DNA of 63,152 nt, the filler included, from Octopus bimaculoides (taxonomy: Eukaryota), in assembly GCF_001194135.2 (NCBI RefSeq). It is 6 parts of 6 records of this genome, joined end to end, with 100 filler letters (N's around TTAATTAATTAA, not from the genome) between each part and the next. Parts side by side here need not be neighbours in the genome. Positions count along the whole stretch, not along the records: positions 8,625 to 24,351 come from NC_069006.1; positions 24,452 to 40,780 come from NC_068983.1; 4 more parts are not named here. One strand, written 5' to 3'. The translations under genes were made by a program, and so were the position numbers. The number at the start of each line of letters is the position of its first letter. Positions within the stretch are counted from its first letter, which is position 1. The notes beneath the pieces are model-generated. The model ran no database searches, was not told where the DNA came from, and saw nothing but the letters and a program-made list of their open reading frames with translations. Of this stretch, positions 22,438 through 35,132 are shown in pieces.

Positions 22438-24263
22438 NNNNNNNNNNNNNNNNNNNNNNNNNNNNNNNNNNNNNNNNNNNNNNNNNNNNNNNNNNNNNNN
22501 NNNNNNNNNNNNNNNNNNNNNNNNNNNNNNNNNNNNNNNNNNNNNNNNNNNNNNNNNNNNNNNNNNNNNNNNNNNNNNNNNNNNNNNNNNNNNNNNNNNN
22601 NNNNNNNNNNNNNNNNNNNNNNNNNNNNNNNNNNNNNNNNNNNNNNNNNNNNNNNNNNNNNNNNNNNNNNNNNNNNNNNNNNNNNNNNNNNNNNNNNNNN
22701 NNNNNGCATAAATACATACAAGAATATATCACATACAATATCTATTTTTGTATATATTATGCCTATATAATGTACACACACATATGTATATTTGAGATGC
22801 ATACATACAAATCTCAAGTGTATTTATGTAGGTGTATACACACACGCATGTATATATATACACATATGTGTACGAGTATGTGAATATATATTTATACATA
22901 TACGTCAGATAGTTAAGAAACGCTAAAAGTTACGTATTCTGGAGAAATATGTTAAGTTTAAAACGTTCACCTTACAGTCCGGCGCCTTGTTCGATCTCTT
23001 CATGTGCAATCTTGGACAGACTATTTGCCGTAGCTTCGGATCGCCCTAAGCTGCATAAGTGAAATTCGGTGGGCAGAAACTGCTTGGAAGCATCATTACC
23101 ATGTTTGAGTAACGTACTAAATATATCTCCCTGTTTCGCACCATCAGTTGCATATTTACGGAAGACCGTTGAATGTACTGTTTCGGTTTATTCAAAGGTC
23201 TAATCTTGTTACATAACCTGTCTCACTGATTCTGGCAGAAGATTACATTCTTGCTGCATCGGCAGTAAAGTCGGGCATCGTTACCCGCAACACACAAGAA
23301 AGAAAAAAAAAATGTAGGAGCCTGGACGGTTGCTATCAGTTTGTTCCGGTCTTACCCCACAGCTACGCCTCACGCACACACACACACAAGTACGTAGATA
23401 TACGCATCCATAGATGCATTATTATTTACGGAGGCGAGTTTGTCTTATCACTGCGATGATTCATGAGATGAAATGTTAGATCTTTCAGTAAGTCGTTTGA
23501 TTTCAGTTAAAATATAATATTTATATCATATAACGTAGGTTATATTTATTCCCATTTAACCGTGGATGTTCTATTTGGACAAACTGCACTGCAGTAATTA
23601 CCACGAGAGAGACTCAATTGGCTTTTGGTGCAGAATGCACTCTGCCTCCGCTTTCGCCCATTATCCTTTAGTTAGAGAAGTGGAGGTGGAGTGAGTGAGA
23701 GGTGGAATAAAATGGAAAGAGAGAGAGGGGGAGGAGTATGAGTAGAAAAACAAGTGAGGAAGAAAACAGATGTATAAGGCCAAACTCGTGTTTAGATGAA
23801 GAGGATAGCGAAGAGTGAGAGAAAAAGACGGCGAGAGAAGAGAGGGAGAGAGAAGGGTGGGGAAGGAAAGATAAAGAGAAAAAGATATGTTTAGGATACA
23901 ATATTTAGCAGAGAGTGATGTTCTGGTGGTGAGATTTAATCGGAACAATTTAACATTAAGTTGAAAAATTACACAATACTTTTTGTACACTACACAAGTG
24001 TAGTGTTAGTGACTTCGCAGTTTCGGTCTGCTAGTCTTCATGCGAGTGACAGACAGATATCGAAGTCACTGTCACCATCTTTTTGTAAATTGCTTTTGTA
24101 TATGTATGTATGTATGTAAGAGAAAACAGAAATTTTCTAGGGTCCACTGTCTTCCTAAAATGAAAACTTAGCTTTTACAAACTAAATAACTGAATAACAC
24201 AGAAATCATTATCTGAGACAGAAGGATCAATTCTGTATAGTTAATTTAATCACGGTACGGGAA

Positions 24264-24311
<48 letters not shown>

Positions 24312-24451
24312 TATGCATTTATATAAAGACAAGCATCTACGCATATGTCTTNNNNNNNNNNNNNNNNNNNNNNNNNNNNNNNNNNNNNNNNNNNNTTAAT
24401 TAATTAANNNNNNNNNNNNNNNNNNNNNNNNNNNNNNNNNNNNNNNNNNNN

Positions 24452-24487
<36 letters not shown>

Positions 24488-25136
24488 CACGTGTATATAT
24501 TTGTTTTTATGTGTGTTTGTGTCTGTGTGCCTATTTATTTATATATATATATACATGTATGCCTACACAGACACGCACACATATACATGCATAAATATAT
24601 ACACACATATGTATGTACGCATGTATGTATCTATGCATGTATGTATGTACGTATGTACGTATGTATGTATGTTTGTACATATGGCTGTAAGTATGTATGT
24701 ATGTACGTACGGCTGGCTTCCACACAATTTCCATGTACCAAGATCATTCAAAACGTATAGGCCATGTCGGACTTAATATAGAAGAAACCTGTCTGAAGCA
24801 TCACACAGTAAGAGTGAATCTAAAACTTTGTATTCGAAGCAAATTTCGTCAACCACACCGCCTTCACGACTACCATGTAGAGAGCAAAATCTAATTTTCT
24901 ACATTGCACAACTTGACAGGTCCCTCAGTTCCAAACTTGCAACCTGTCTTTCGAATTCTCTTGCACATTATGTTTTCTTCTGTTTTTGCGAAATATTTTA
25001 CCCACCTGCTAAGATGGCTCTGTAAGTAGTACTGCATTCGCCTAAACAATGTACACTCTACACCACTAGTTTCACCACTATGCGGAAACACTTCGAGTTA
25101 TTCCGAACCAACAGGATCACCGGCTTCGACCATATT

Positions 25137-25517
25137 GTTGTTGTTGGCACTCCGTCGCTTACGACGTCGAGGGTTCCAGTTGATTCGATCAACGGAACAG
25201 CCTGCTCGTGAAATTAACGTGCAAGTGGCTGAGCACTCCACAGACACGTGTACCCTTAACGTAGTTCTCGGGGATATTCAGCGTGACACAGTGTGACAAG
25301 GCTGACCCTTTGAATTACAGGCATAAGAGAAACAGGAAGTAAGAGAAAGGTGTGGTGGAAAAGTACAGCAGGGTTCGCCACCATCCCCTGCCGGAGCCTC
25401 GTGGAGCTTTAGGTGTTTTCGCTCAATAAACACTCACAACGCCTGGTCTAGGAATCGAAACCGCGATCCTATGACCACGAGTCCGCTGCTCTAACCACTG
25501 GGCCATTGCGCCTCCAC
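25137..25517 (-). mobile_element. SINE family C, full length, young
   Basis: Minus-strand head with A box TGGCCCAGTGG and B box GGTTTCGATTCC; (CAA)n tail; perfect 11-bp TSD tcgaccatatt at 25126-25136 and 25518-25528. Confidence 0.95.
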
Positions 25518-25995
25518 TCGACCATATTACACAAGCCATACCTGTGACAACCTCAGTTGTCTCGACACAAAACGTTGTTTATTAATTTTTTTTTTTTATT
25601 CATCCAACCATATGACACGATTCTATCATGTGACATTTTCCTACTCTTACATCGTTTATCTTTTAGCTTGCACCTATTCATCCAATCGTGTGACACTTTA
25701 TTGACTCTATCATGTGACATTTTTTTATACATTGACTCATTTTATGGAGTTATTCTTTTCCACCATGCAACACTTGTTCTTCGTATAGTCTTATTCACTA
25801 ACATCTTGGTCAATTGGAATTAGTTTACCATTTTACATTTCATTTTGGAATTATTGCAATATTTTTTTGTTCATTAATAAAATCATTATCCGACCACAAT
25901 GTCATTATTTGTTCCTACGTTTTAACAATATCTTTTCCATTATTCTCAAACGGTTCGCTCTAGGGAAAACCCATGTCCTCGTCAAATCTTCAATT

Positions 25996-26066
<71 letters not shown>

Positions 26067-26103
26067 NNNNNNNNNNNNNNNNNNNNNNNNNNNNNNNNNN
26101 NNN

Positions 26104-26168
<65 letters not shown>

Positions 26169-27387
26169 GAAGGAAGGAAGGAAGGAAGAAAGGAAGGAAC
26201 CAACGGGCATGCTACGGAAAACATGCTACCGTGTATATCACGCACAGAAAAGAAGTCTTTCTGACGCTGCCAACCATCAACTTATCGCATTCACTTTTAA
26301 TGTCGCAAAAGTGATGGAAACAGTCAACACGGAGAAAGTGTTTATGTTTGCTGCCCGGTTGGCATCAAATATTTTATGTTTACACTCGGCAATATTCGCG
26401 AATAGAAGATTTAGTAAATGTGAATTACAAAATATATCGTTTATCTTTCATTCAAACCCACAATAAAATTTATTGCTACAACCAAAAATATCTAAATTCT
26501 ATCGCTGAAGATTGTAAATACATTACTGCATAAGTCCATGGTCATAATTGATTTGGAATCAAATATTATCAAAACTGCGGTAACGTTTCATCATTCGGAA
26601 GTCAATAATATAAATACTAGAAATATAGTGAAGTCAAGTTATTAGGCAGTTCTTTTTATTTGAACTGGCCTTCTGCCTAATTAAATAAATCAACATTTTA
26701 GCTGAAATCTGCCAGTTTCATTACTTAAGAGTTCGGTCAAAAATCATGAAACAAAATCTATGGTAAAGAGCTAATAACACAAGGCAACAACACTCACGTC
26801 TTTACTAAAATTCAAGCAGTATGACTTTAGTAGTTTGCAATATTTCATACGAAAAGATGCAAACAAGTGAATGGGTGTTACTGAATATAACCGTCTATTT
26901 AAACAACACATTAATGTCCTTGAGCTTGACAAACATCCTGAGGAGAAAGTGATACTAACAAACGCTTCGTCACCTTGTGTTAACACAAAATTCATATGAT
27001 AGTACCATTTCTCGTACCTCAGAATAATGTTTACTCATGATTTATATATTTTTAGAGGTCAACTGAACAAGCTATCAAATAGAAATAAAGGTTTTCTGCA
27101 GTGCTGAGCTCAAATGTTCCCATTGACAAAGCCCTGTCTAAGATTGACACTCTAAGCATTGAGAGAAGTATTTTTCAGTTGAAAGTATGAGATCATTTTG
27201 CAGAAGTAACAATAGTTTGCATTAAATATAAACTTTTGCATGAACTCTTTTTGTTTTTGTTTTTGCGTATATGTAACACAATGCTTAATAATTCATATGG
27301 CCAGCTAGTTGATTTGAATCCAGTACTATTCATGCTTGCCATTTCTGTTGACAAATATGCGTATCATAGCCTGAAAATGGTCCTCCC

Positions 27388-27389
27388 TC

Positions 27390-27420
<31 letters not shown>

Positions 27421-27930
27421 CTATCGATCTATCTATCTATCTATCTATGTTCTATTTTTTTATAATTTTAGAGTAAATTTTTGGTTGCAAGGTTGTGGAG
27501 GAAAGTATTTTGCTTTAACTATCATCTTTTAAGTCTAAAGAAGGTCTTACAGATTTTCACAGTCCCAGATATTAGGATCATTTGTAACAAATGAATTAAG
27601 GATTTGCATTCTCTCTCCAAGATCCCACGTCCCGCCATAACTTGCTGCAGACGGGTTCGTATGTGTCATGTTGCTCCAAGGATAATAAGTATGTAGCTGA
27701 AAGTGTATCTTTGGTACTGGATTTGCAAACACCGTATCAATGGTTCATAGATATCCCCTTTCTCTTGTTTTCTCTAACCTCATCCGTGTCCTGAGGGCTA
27801 CGTACGTGAATAGGAGACTGAACAGCAGGATCCTTGATGGAGTATTCAAATGGATTGCAAACTTGATGTTGCATTGCTCCAGTTCACCTTGTAACCGATT
27901 GCAAGTGCTTCTGTTTTGTTTTTAACCGTT
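27388..27930 (-). mobile_element. R4/Dong-like REL LINE 3' end (lineage B) with (GATA)n tail
   Basis: EKGDIYEPLIRCLQIQYQRYTFSYI...RECKSLIHLLQMILISGTVKICKTFFRLKR* (stop 27522-27524), about 75-nt 3' UTR, then (GATA)n at 27388-27447. Roughly 70% similar by eye to 1000-1080. Confidence 0.82.
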
Positions 27931-28104
27931 TTACTGATAATATCAAATATATCCACTCAAAATTTCATTACCCTTAACTGCAGAAAGCAGTTTTATATAC
28001 CACTCTATATTTTGTTGAGGAATGTCGTCTTTTAAACTTTTTTTATTTGAGATATGTCAAGTTTATTGAGGTCACGTGATTTGCAAATAATATCCTTTTC
28101 TACT

Positions 28105-28263
28105 CTAGGCACAAGGCCCAAAATTTTGGGGGAGGGGAGCCAATCAATTAGATCGATTTCAGTATGCAACTGGTACTTAATTCATCGACTCCGAAAGGAT
28201 GAAAGGCAAAGTCGACCTCGGCGGAATTTAAACGTAAAGACAGACGAAATACCACTAAGTATT
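28105..28263 (-). mobile_element. SINE family B
   Basis: ggatgaaaggcaaagtcgacctcggcggaattt is the reverse complement of the family B core. Confidence 0.88.
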
Positions 28264-28735
28264 TGAGATATGTCGAGTTTATTGATGTTAAGTGATTTGC
28301 AAATAGTATCAATTCTGTATTCTTTTTTTTTTCTCTGTAGATATTTAACAACATTACTGAATAACTACGAAATTTAATTTCGCAGTTAAAGTGTTAAAAC
28401 CGTACTTTTGACAAATCATTGTTTTGCCATGTGAGATGTTTCCCTCATCCACTTCTACTTGCCGTTAACAAAGCATGAAGTGCGCTACTTAGAAACAGTT
28501 TTGCAGCTGCGGTAAGCTAATCCATCATGAATTGGTATGAAATATAGCACTTGAAAACAGTTACAGACAATAGTAGCGACTAAGACTAATTGTAATTAAA
28601 TCTATAGTAGTTCTACAATTCTATAAGGGCTGTACTGCAAGTAAAGAAAAATGGGGATAAATTTTTTTATGAACAAACATAGGTCATATCGGCAGAGTAA
28701 CTCTTCTTCTTATTCTTTTTTACTGCAGGCAAATA

Positions 28736-29305
28736 ATGGGTTGCAAGCAGAAGCAACGTACAGACATTGAGGTTTTGACGAAGGAGGGAGTGTAGGCTAT
28801 CCGACATTCCTAAACGTCTAAAGGTTCTTTACAGACATATCACCACTGACAAGAGCAATGTGCACAGATAGATAAAGTTTAAAGAAAGAGAAACCAGAAC
28901 TGAAAAACTACGCAGTGGAAGATAATCAACTGCGCCCACTGACCCCAATCACCGACGACTGAATAAATTTATTCCTATTCTATGAGCTTGTCATAGAAGT
29001 GCACTGGGGTTACAATGGATTATAGAAGATAGTGAAAGGCTTTGGATATCAGAAAATGTGAGCAAAGTTAATTGGCATCTCGACAATTGACAACCCATTT
29101 GAAAGAAATAATAGTGAATTCGATCTGTTGGCAGGGGATAAAATGTGACTGCACATTTATGATCCAGAAACAAAGATTAAGTCCTTGAGATGGTATCATA
29201 TCTCTTCTCTAAGGCCTTAGAAGTTCAAGAGTCAGCAATCAGCACAGAAAGTTATAGTGACTATTCATTTTCTTTGGATGACGAGAGTGGTATTCTTTTC
29301 TCTTT
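28736..29305 (+). mobile_element. Old mariner transposase relic
   Basis: KQRTDIEVLTKEG...KSNVHR*IKFKE...RSGR (HTH region) and AGDKM*LHIYDPETK...KFKSQQSAQKV (first catalytic D region); many stops. Confidence 0.8.
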
Positions 29306-29553
29306 GATTTTCTGGAACGTGGCTGTAAATAGCGAGCGATGTATCGAGACCCACTAAAAGCTTAGAGAAGCCACGAAGAGTAAGATGTCGAACAAAGAAT
29401 TGAAAATGAGCCACATTCACCATGACACTGCGTGACCACATATCTCTTTGACTACAAATTAGACAAGAAGTGGGTGCAACAGTGCACACCGGGATTTTTT
29501 CGAAGTGAATTCGCGAAATTTCATTCAATGATGGCGCAAATGCATTGCTTGTG

Positions 29554-29701
29554 CATTATTTACATTATTTACATTCAACGGATATTTGTCCTCATCTTGT
29601 TTGTTGTTAACACAACGTTTCGGCTGATATACCCTCCAGCCTTCTTCAGCTGTCTTGGGGAAATTTCGAACCTGGGTTCTCATTCCTAAGATATTTTTCG
29701 A

Positions 29702-29761
<60 letters not shown>

Positions 29762-29857
29762 CGTTGTTGTTGTTGTTGTTCAGGTCACTGCTTGGAATCG
29801 AACTCGGAATCTTGGGATTAGTAGTCCGCGCTCTCAACCACTACGCTATATGCCCGT
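29554..29857 (-). mobile_element. tRNA-headed SINE (family E) with (AAC/AAT)n linker and hammerhead-bearing tail
   Basis: Minus-strand head GGGCATATAGCGTAGTGGTTGAGAGCGCGG...GAGTTCGATTCC (A and B boxes); microsatellite at 29703-29780; hammerhead fold at 29609-29654; (TGTAAATAA)2 end. Confidence 0.8.
29609..29654 (-). ncRNA. Minimal type I hammerhead ribozyme (candidate)
   Basis: GACAG | CUGAAGA a | GGCUG gagggtatat CAGCC | GAAA C G U U | GUGUU. Perfect 5-bp stem II, loop-less ACGU stem III, stem I 4 of 5 pairs (first pair G.G). Confidence 0.7.
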
Positions 29858-30679
29858 CTGTGACAAACGAAATATACCCCGCCGATAGTTGTTGTTGACA
29901 AACAACGGCAGTAATTTTATTCAGCTGAATACACGTCATTGATTGGTTGAAATAACGAAATAACTTAGAAAATATAAACTTTTCTCAACACCACTAAGAC
30001 ACATTCTACCAGTGTTCGAAGTTTGAAAGCGTTTAGTTACAAAAAATTAATTTATCGATGTGCCGTTCAAAGGGAAAAGATCCGAAATGTCCATTAGACA
30101 AAGTAACAAAGGAGGGATAGATATTTCTCTTACGTTCCTCGGGGGACAGGAAGGCCGCTGCTCTTCCCGAAATGTCACATCCGATTCACTTGTCCATTAT
30201 GACTCCACTGCAATTAAAAACAAACAAAATACTCATGTCTTTGAATATGAGACACCATATTGATTAATGGAGAACTCTCTCTCACTCTAAGATAAAGATG
30301 TGCAATGTTACGTCTCCCTTTGAGTAACCAAACTTTTGTATGAGTAAAATTGTTAACGGTGAAGTTGTATTGTTATTTATTTTGTTTTGCTTCTGAGTTA
30401 AATCCTCTTGAAAATTTATTTTTGCAAAAGAAGGTGAACTGTGATTAGTTTGACTAATTTTTTGGTCGACGTTTCAACAGAAACCTGTGGTTTATTTTAA
30501 TTATATTTTAATCTCATTTCATGGAGATTAAATGAGCCAAGAAGACATTAGGTTACCAGTTTGCGGGGATTAGCTTACCTTAAGATTGTTTATAAGCTAC
30601 ATAGTTTGTTTTATTAATAACGAGACGAGGTGAATGAGAGAAACATCTCTCAAGGCAGAGCGCTGACTTGCCAAAAATA

Positions 30680-30760
30680 TGGTTTAAAAAATAAAACAGA
30701 AATACTTGGAATCGGTCACAAGCAGAACTGAAGCAATGCAGAAGCAAGAAATGTCTGTTA
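30680..30760 (+). mobile_element. Short fragment of the lineage B LINE
   Basis: Reverse-complement match to 27860-27930. Confidence 0.65.
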
Positions 30761-32404
30761 TCCATACGAACAATAGTGCTTATTTAATAAGAACAACAAT
30801 GAATATCCTCTCCCTGTTAAATTAAGTAATAAAATACACTTAGTAAACGGAAGCAAATAAATACAACCTAAAATTCGTTCAGGATTTATAGATAATTATT
30901 CTTCATTTACGATGGGATTCATGTTAGGCACTGTGCCTGTTAAGCTGTGTGTAAATGCGAGTTTACACAGGTTTTGTAATCAGCACCAAACGGAAAGTCC
31001 GCAGCAAAACGAAATTGGCACAACAGAGGATTTTTGTGCACTCTTACTACAAAAGAGTAGAGAAATCATTGCATATGGGTTGTATTTTCAAATTGATGAC
31101 GACGAAGAAATGAATATAACAATATCCTTTCTATCTTTATTCATAATACGGAATGAAAAGAATGTTCGAATAGAAGAAAAATCCCTGATTTACGGCTAGC
31201 TTACTTTCTAGTAGTAACACTATTTTTCAAAGTGCATGTAGCATTTCATTTGATTCTAATCAAGCAGACCTATTGATACAAAGCGCTTCACCGTGAACAG
31301 TACGTTGTTTATTTAGGCACGGTATATTTAGGACTACATTATCTAATGTGACTTTTTCATTCGAGTTGAGTATAATTTGAAGGCGATTTGGCTTCCATTT
31401 CTGTAAGATCAAGCGACCACGAAATGGTTACTTTGTTGGTTCGTGTTAAATGTGTAGAATAAAAAGGCATATGAATATATTTCAACTGCGAAACCCACAT
31501 ATGAAAGACATTTAAAATATTTAATATATTAATCTATTCGTGTGTTCGAATGTTACGCTTCCAAAGAGAAATAACCTTGTCTTCCACTCGATTGATATTC
31601 TTATCTGTAGTTAGACAATCAAGAAAGTAAGACAGCAAAGGTGGGGCTGAGGAGGTAAAAACAGTCAGAGACGAGAAAATAAACAAGGAAAGACTTGCGA
31701 GCGTGAATTGGAAAATTTTCTAATTTTACTAACTGGTTTTCATTAAAAAAATTTTTTTAGTTAACTCATGCTCTAAAATTTTCAGTAGCTTCCATCCGTT
31801 ATGGGAAGTGTTCGAAGTTTACACTTTTTATAGTGTTGTAATGATGCGTCAGAATGAATTAGTTGTGTTGAACACCCTCAGCAGCCGGAGGAACTCAGAT
31901 CTTGTCCTCGATGTGATGTTATCAGATTCAGAAGTGAGCCTCTAAATTCTTGCTATAATGTAAAGTCTTATCCAAATGAACACCAAATACTTTTGATGCG
32001 AATAACAAAGAAGTTTATAGTTTTAGAAGAATATTCGGAATTATAATAGTGGAATTTCCTTTACTTCATTCGGTGCAAAAGTTTCTATAACTAAAGGAAG
32101 AAGACTTTAAGTATTCTAGAATTCATTCTGCTTCTTTGTCCTTGGAAAATGAGCGCTCTGCAGATAGCCAGCTTATATCGGCCCAGACAGAAGCGCTTCA
32201 AAATTCAGAATGTGTTGCTAGTGTGATGTACACAATATAAGAAAGTAGGATTTATCACAATCCGTACGCTGAACTATAGAAAATATACACTTGTTAGAGC
32301 TCAAATATAGACACGTGCACCCGGGAAAGATACAGATCCCCACAGATATAAACTGCACTTCAGGTGGGTCATTGACATCACGTGTCGTGACCCATCATGA
32401 CACC

Positions 32405-33295
32405 TGACGTCCAACAAGTATTGAAATGGCCATTGTGCTTATTGGTGAAAATGGAGCGCCCCACGAAACTAGAAACTTTATAATTCATCCAAGAAACGTC
32501 CCACGAAAAAGGTTTCATATATGCTTTACCATCTTGATCTAATGTGTCATCCTCTTTTTTTTCCATCGTAAGCTTGGTGCCATAACGATATGCGACATTT
32601 TGAAGAACGACAAACTGGTGTTCGAAATAATGTGATTATACAGGAGTTCCGTTGTTATTGTTTTGTGTATAGAAGCGGTTTATTGTGATTCAATGGACAG
32701 GAAAGCCTATAAAAAATAATTAGTCGACATATACATCAAGAATGAAAGATCCCGTTTACAATTCGTAAAGAAACAACCAATTTCAGTTGGGAGTTGAACA
32801 CTACAATGGGTTGATTGATTAACATTGCACCTTGAGAACACAGGAATTTAGAACCTGAAACTGAAATAGCAATCGTACTTTCTTTCCCATTCATTGAAAG
32901 CCCACGTAACTACTTCCAAGTAATAGAATTTCAGAAATTAGGTTTTCCACATTTCCATATTCTAATTATTCTTTAAGATGACGATAAAGCAAAAAATCAA
33001 GGAGATATTTACAGATTAGTCTCCGTAGAAATTTTTGAATGGAAACGAAGTTAGGCAAGAACATAAACCTGTGATGAAATTCAAAATACAAAGACTCTAT
33101 GGTGCTCACTATCCACCATTTCCTTGCATAGAAAATGGATCACATCAAAAGAAATTTCTCTGAAAGCTTCCCAGAAGAACCTGTTTAAAATGCATACGAA
33201 TATATCCTGAATATCGTCGATGCAATAGCTGAGTTTGTGTGCAAGTTAGATGCAATTCAATTGTTAATCGCTATGCGGTACCATATAATAGTATT
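32405..33295 (+). mobile_element. Helitron Rep (HUH endonuclease) relic
   Basis: PTSIEMAIVLIGENG...DLMCHPLFFPS, LVDIYIKNERSRLQF, EFQKLGFPHFHILIIL (HUH at 32950-32958), PCIENG..QKKF, YPEYRR, NRYAVPYN; many frameshifts and stops. Confidence 0.88.
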
Positions 33296-34030
33296 TCTTA
33301 AAGTTGATTTCGTGAAAAGATTTGGTGGTTCCGCGAGATAGGATAGAGTGGGGTATAAAATTCAACCACAATTTTTCTTTTCTTTTGTATGTATGTATGT
33401 ATGTATGTATGTATGTGTGTGTATGTGTGTATGTATGTGTGTATGTGTGTATGTATGTATGTATGTATGTATTCTCTCTTGTATTACTCAATGTCTTATA
33501 AAAATTAGAATGACAGTGGTTGTTCGTAAAATGTAGATATCGGTACCTAATTATTGTTTTGGCGGATAATGGTGGAATCAGAAGGGTTTTACAGCAAAGT
33601 AAGAGAACGGCAATCATATAGCACATCTCTCTGCTGGAAAAATATCGCGTCATATTTATCATGGAATAATTTTGTCTAACGCTCCTGCTATCATTATACA
33701 GGCTGTTAATAATAACGCATCGAAACTGGTACAGTGGATTTGAACTCACCTTCCATCAACAGGCATTATCCATTCAGTTGTTATGACCCTACAATTCATA
33801 ATGAAAGCGCTAATTATAGCTATTAATTTACAATTTATATCCCTGCATTGTTGATGTTTAGCCCAAATTCACTCCTTACTGCGCGGATCTACAGTCAAGT
33901 GTTCTAGCTCCGACCATCGACGCTTTTTATATGTCGAAGATTACGTTATTCTATAAGCAACTCTAGTTTTAAGTTAGTAGATTTTCAGGTTTAAGAGAAA
34001 ATTGTCAGCTAGTTTAACCACCGCATAAAA

Positions 34031-34164
34031 CAGGCATGGACAACTTTTTCGGGAATCGGCTCACATGAGATGTAGTTCATCATTTGGCAGGCCACACTAC
34101 CAAAAGAAATTTAAGGTAATATTTTCGCTACATGGAGCCGCGAGCCGCTGTTTGCCCATGACTG
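34031..34164. mobile_element. hAT-type MITE, 134 bp
   Basis: TIRs caggcatggacaa / ttgcccatgactg; 8-bp TSD gcataaaa / gcttaaag (6 of 8). Confidence 0.75.
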
Positions 34165-34941
34165 GCTTAAAGACTCTATCATTGGCTTGTTCGTAAATAC
34201 CCACCGCATAGTGTATTGATTAGAGAACAAGAATTGGTTGAGTCGTTAAAGCGCCAGATAAAATTCAAATTACACCGAAGTTAACCTTGTCTTTCATACT
34301 TTGAGTCGCAACAATATAATACCAGTCTGCTACTGGAGTAGAGGGAACTGACTAACCCTATCTCTTCAAAATTTCTGGTTTTATGCTTAAACTAGAAACT
34401 ATACACTGATTCGATTTGGTAAGTTTGGTGAGGGCCCCAAATCAAAGATACATATCAAAGATACATATAAGAACATGCCTTGTGTATTATGTATTAATGT
34501 TAAATCGTTATTTATTTTATGGAAAAGGTACAGCGACCATGACTAGTAAGTCATTGAGGATAAGCTTAATTTCAAATTTAGGAAGAAATTTAGTAATGGG
34601 TGGTAGACATAGTCAATGGTACAGTTTAAGAGCACCACCTGGTACCTTTAGATGTTTTAGCAGAGTCCAGTATATTGCAAGCATTCGAGCAAGGTCTATG
34701 GTTTGAAGATATTTTCGTCTCTCCTTCTACCAATCTCAAAGACCCTATAAAGGCCCGTGAGCACAGCCTTTTCTCCTGACATACGGGTAAAAAATATTAT
34801 TTTGATGACTTCGAGGTAAGTTATACTACCGCGTGAAAAGGGTGGAAAATTTTATATGGGTATTGAGATCACAGAGAGTAGTCGGGGTGCGATAGATTGC
34901 CCTATTTTCAAAAATATTTTCCAAGTTTATTGTGTGCGAAT

Positions 34942-35132
34942 CGGCGGTGAGCTGGTAGAATCGTTTGCGCGTCGGACAAAATGTTTAGCAGTATTTCTTC
35001 TGGCTCTTTACGTCCGGAGTTCAAATCTTGCAGTGATCAACGCTGCCTTTCAGAGTCGATACAATAAAGTACCAGCCAAGTACTGCGGTCGTTATAATCT
35101 ACTAACTACCTTCCACTAAAATTGTTGGCCTT
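34942..35132 (+). mobile_element. SINE family B
   Basis: ggcggtgagctggtagaatcg...gagttcaaatc; more decayed copies at about 34240-34400, 36150-36270 and 52470-52610. Confidence 0.85.

Noticed and set aside
29785-29857. Functional tRNA gene
   Set aside because: A and B boxes are present but acceptor and anticodon stems do not pair properly and there is no oligo-T terminator; treated as a SINE head.
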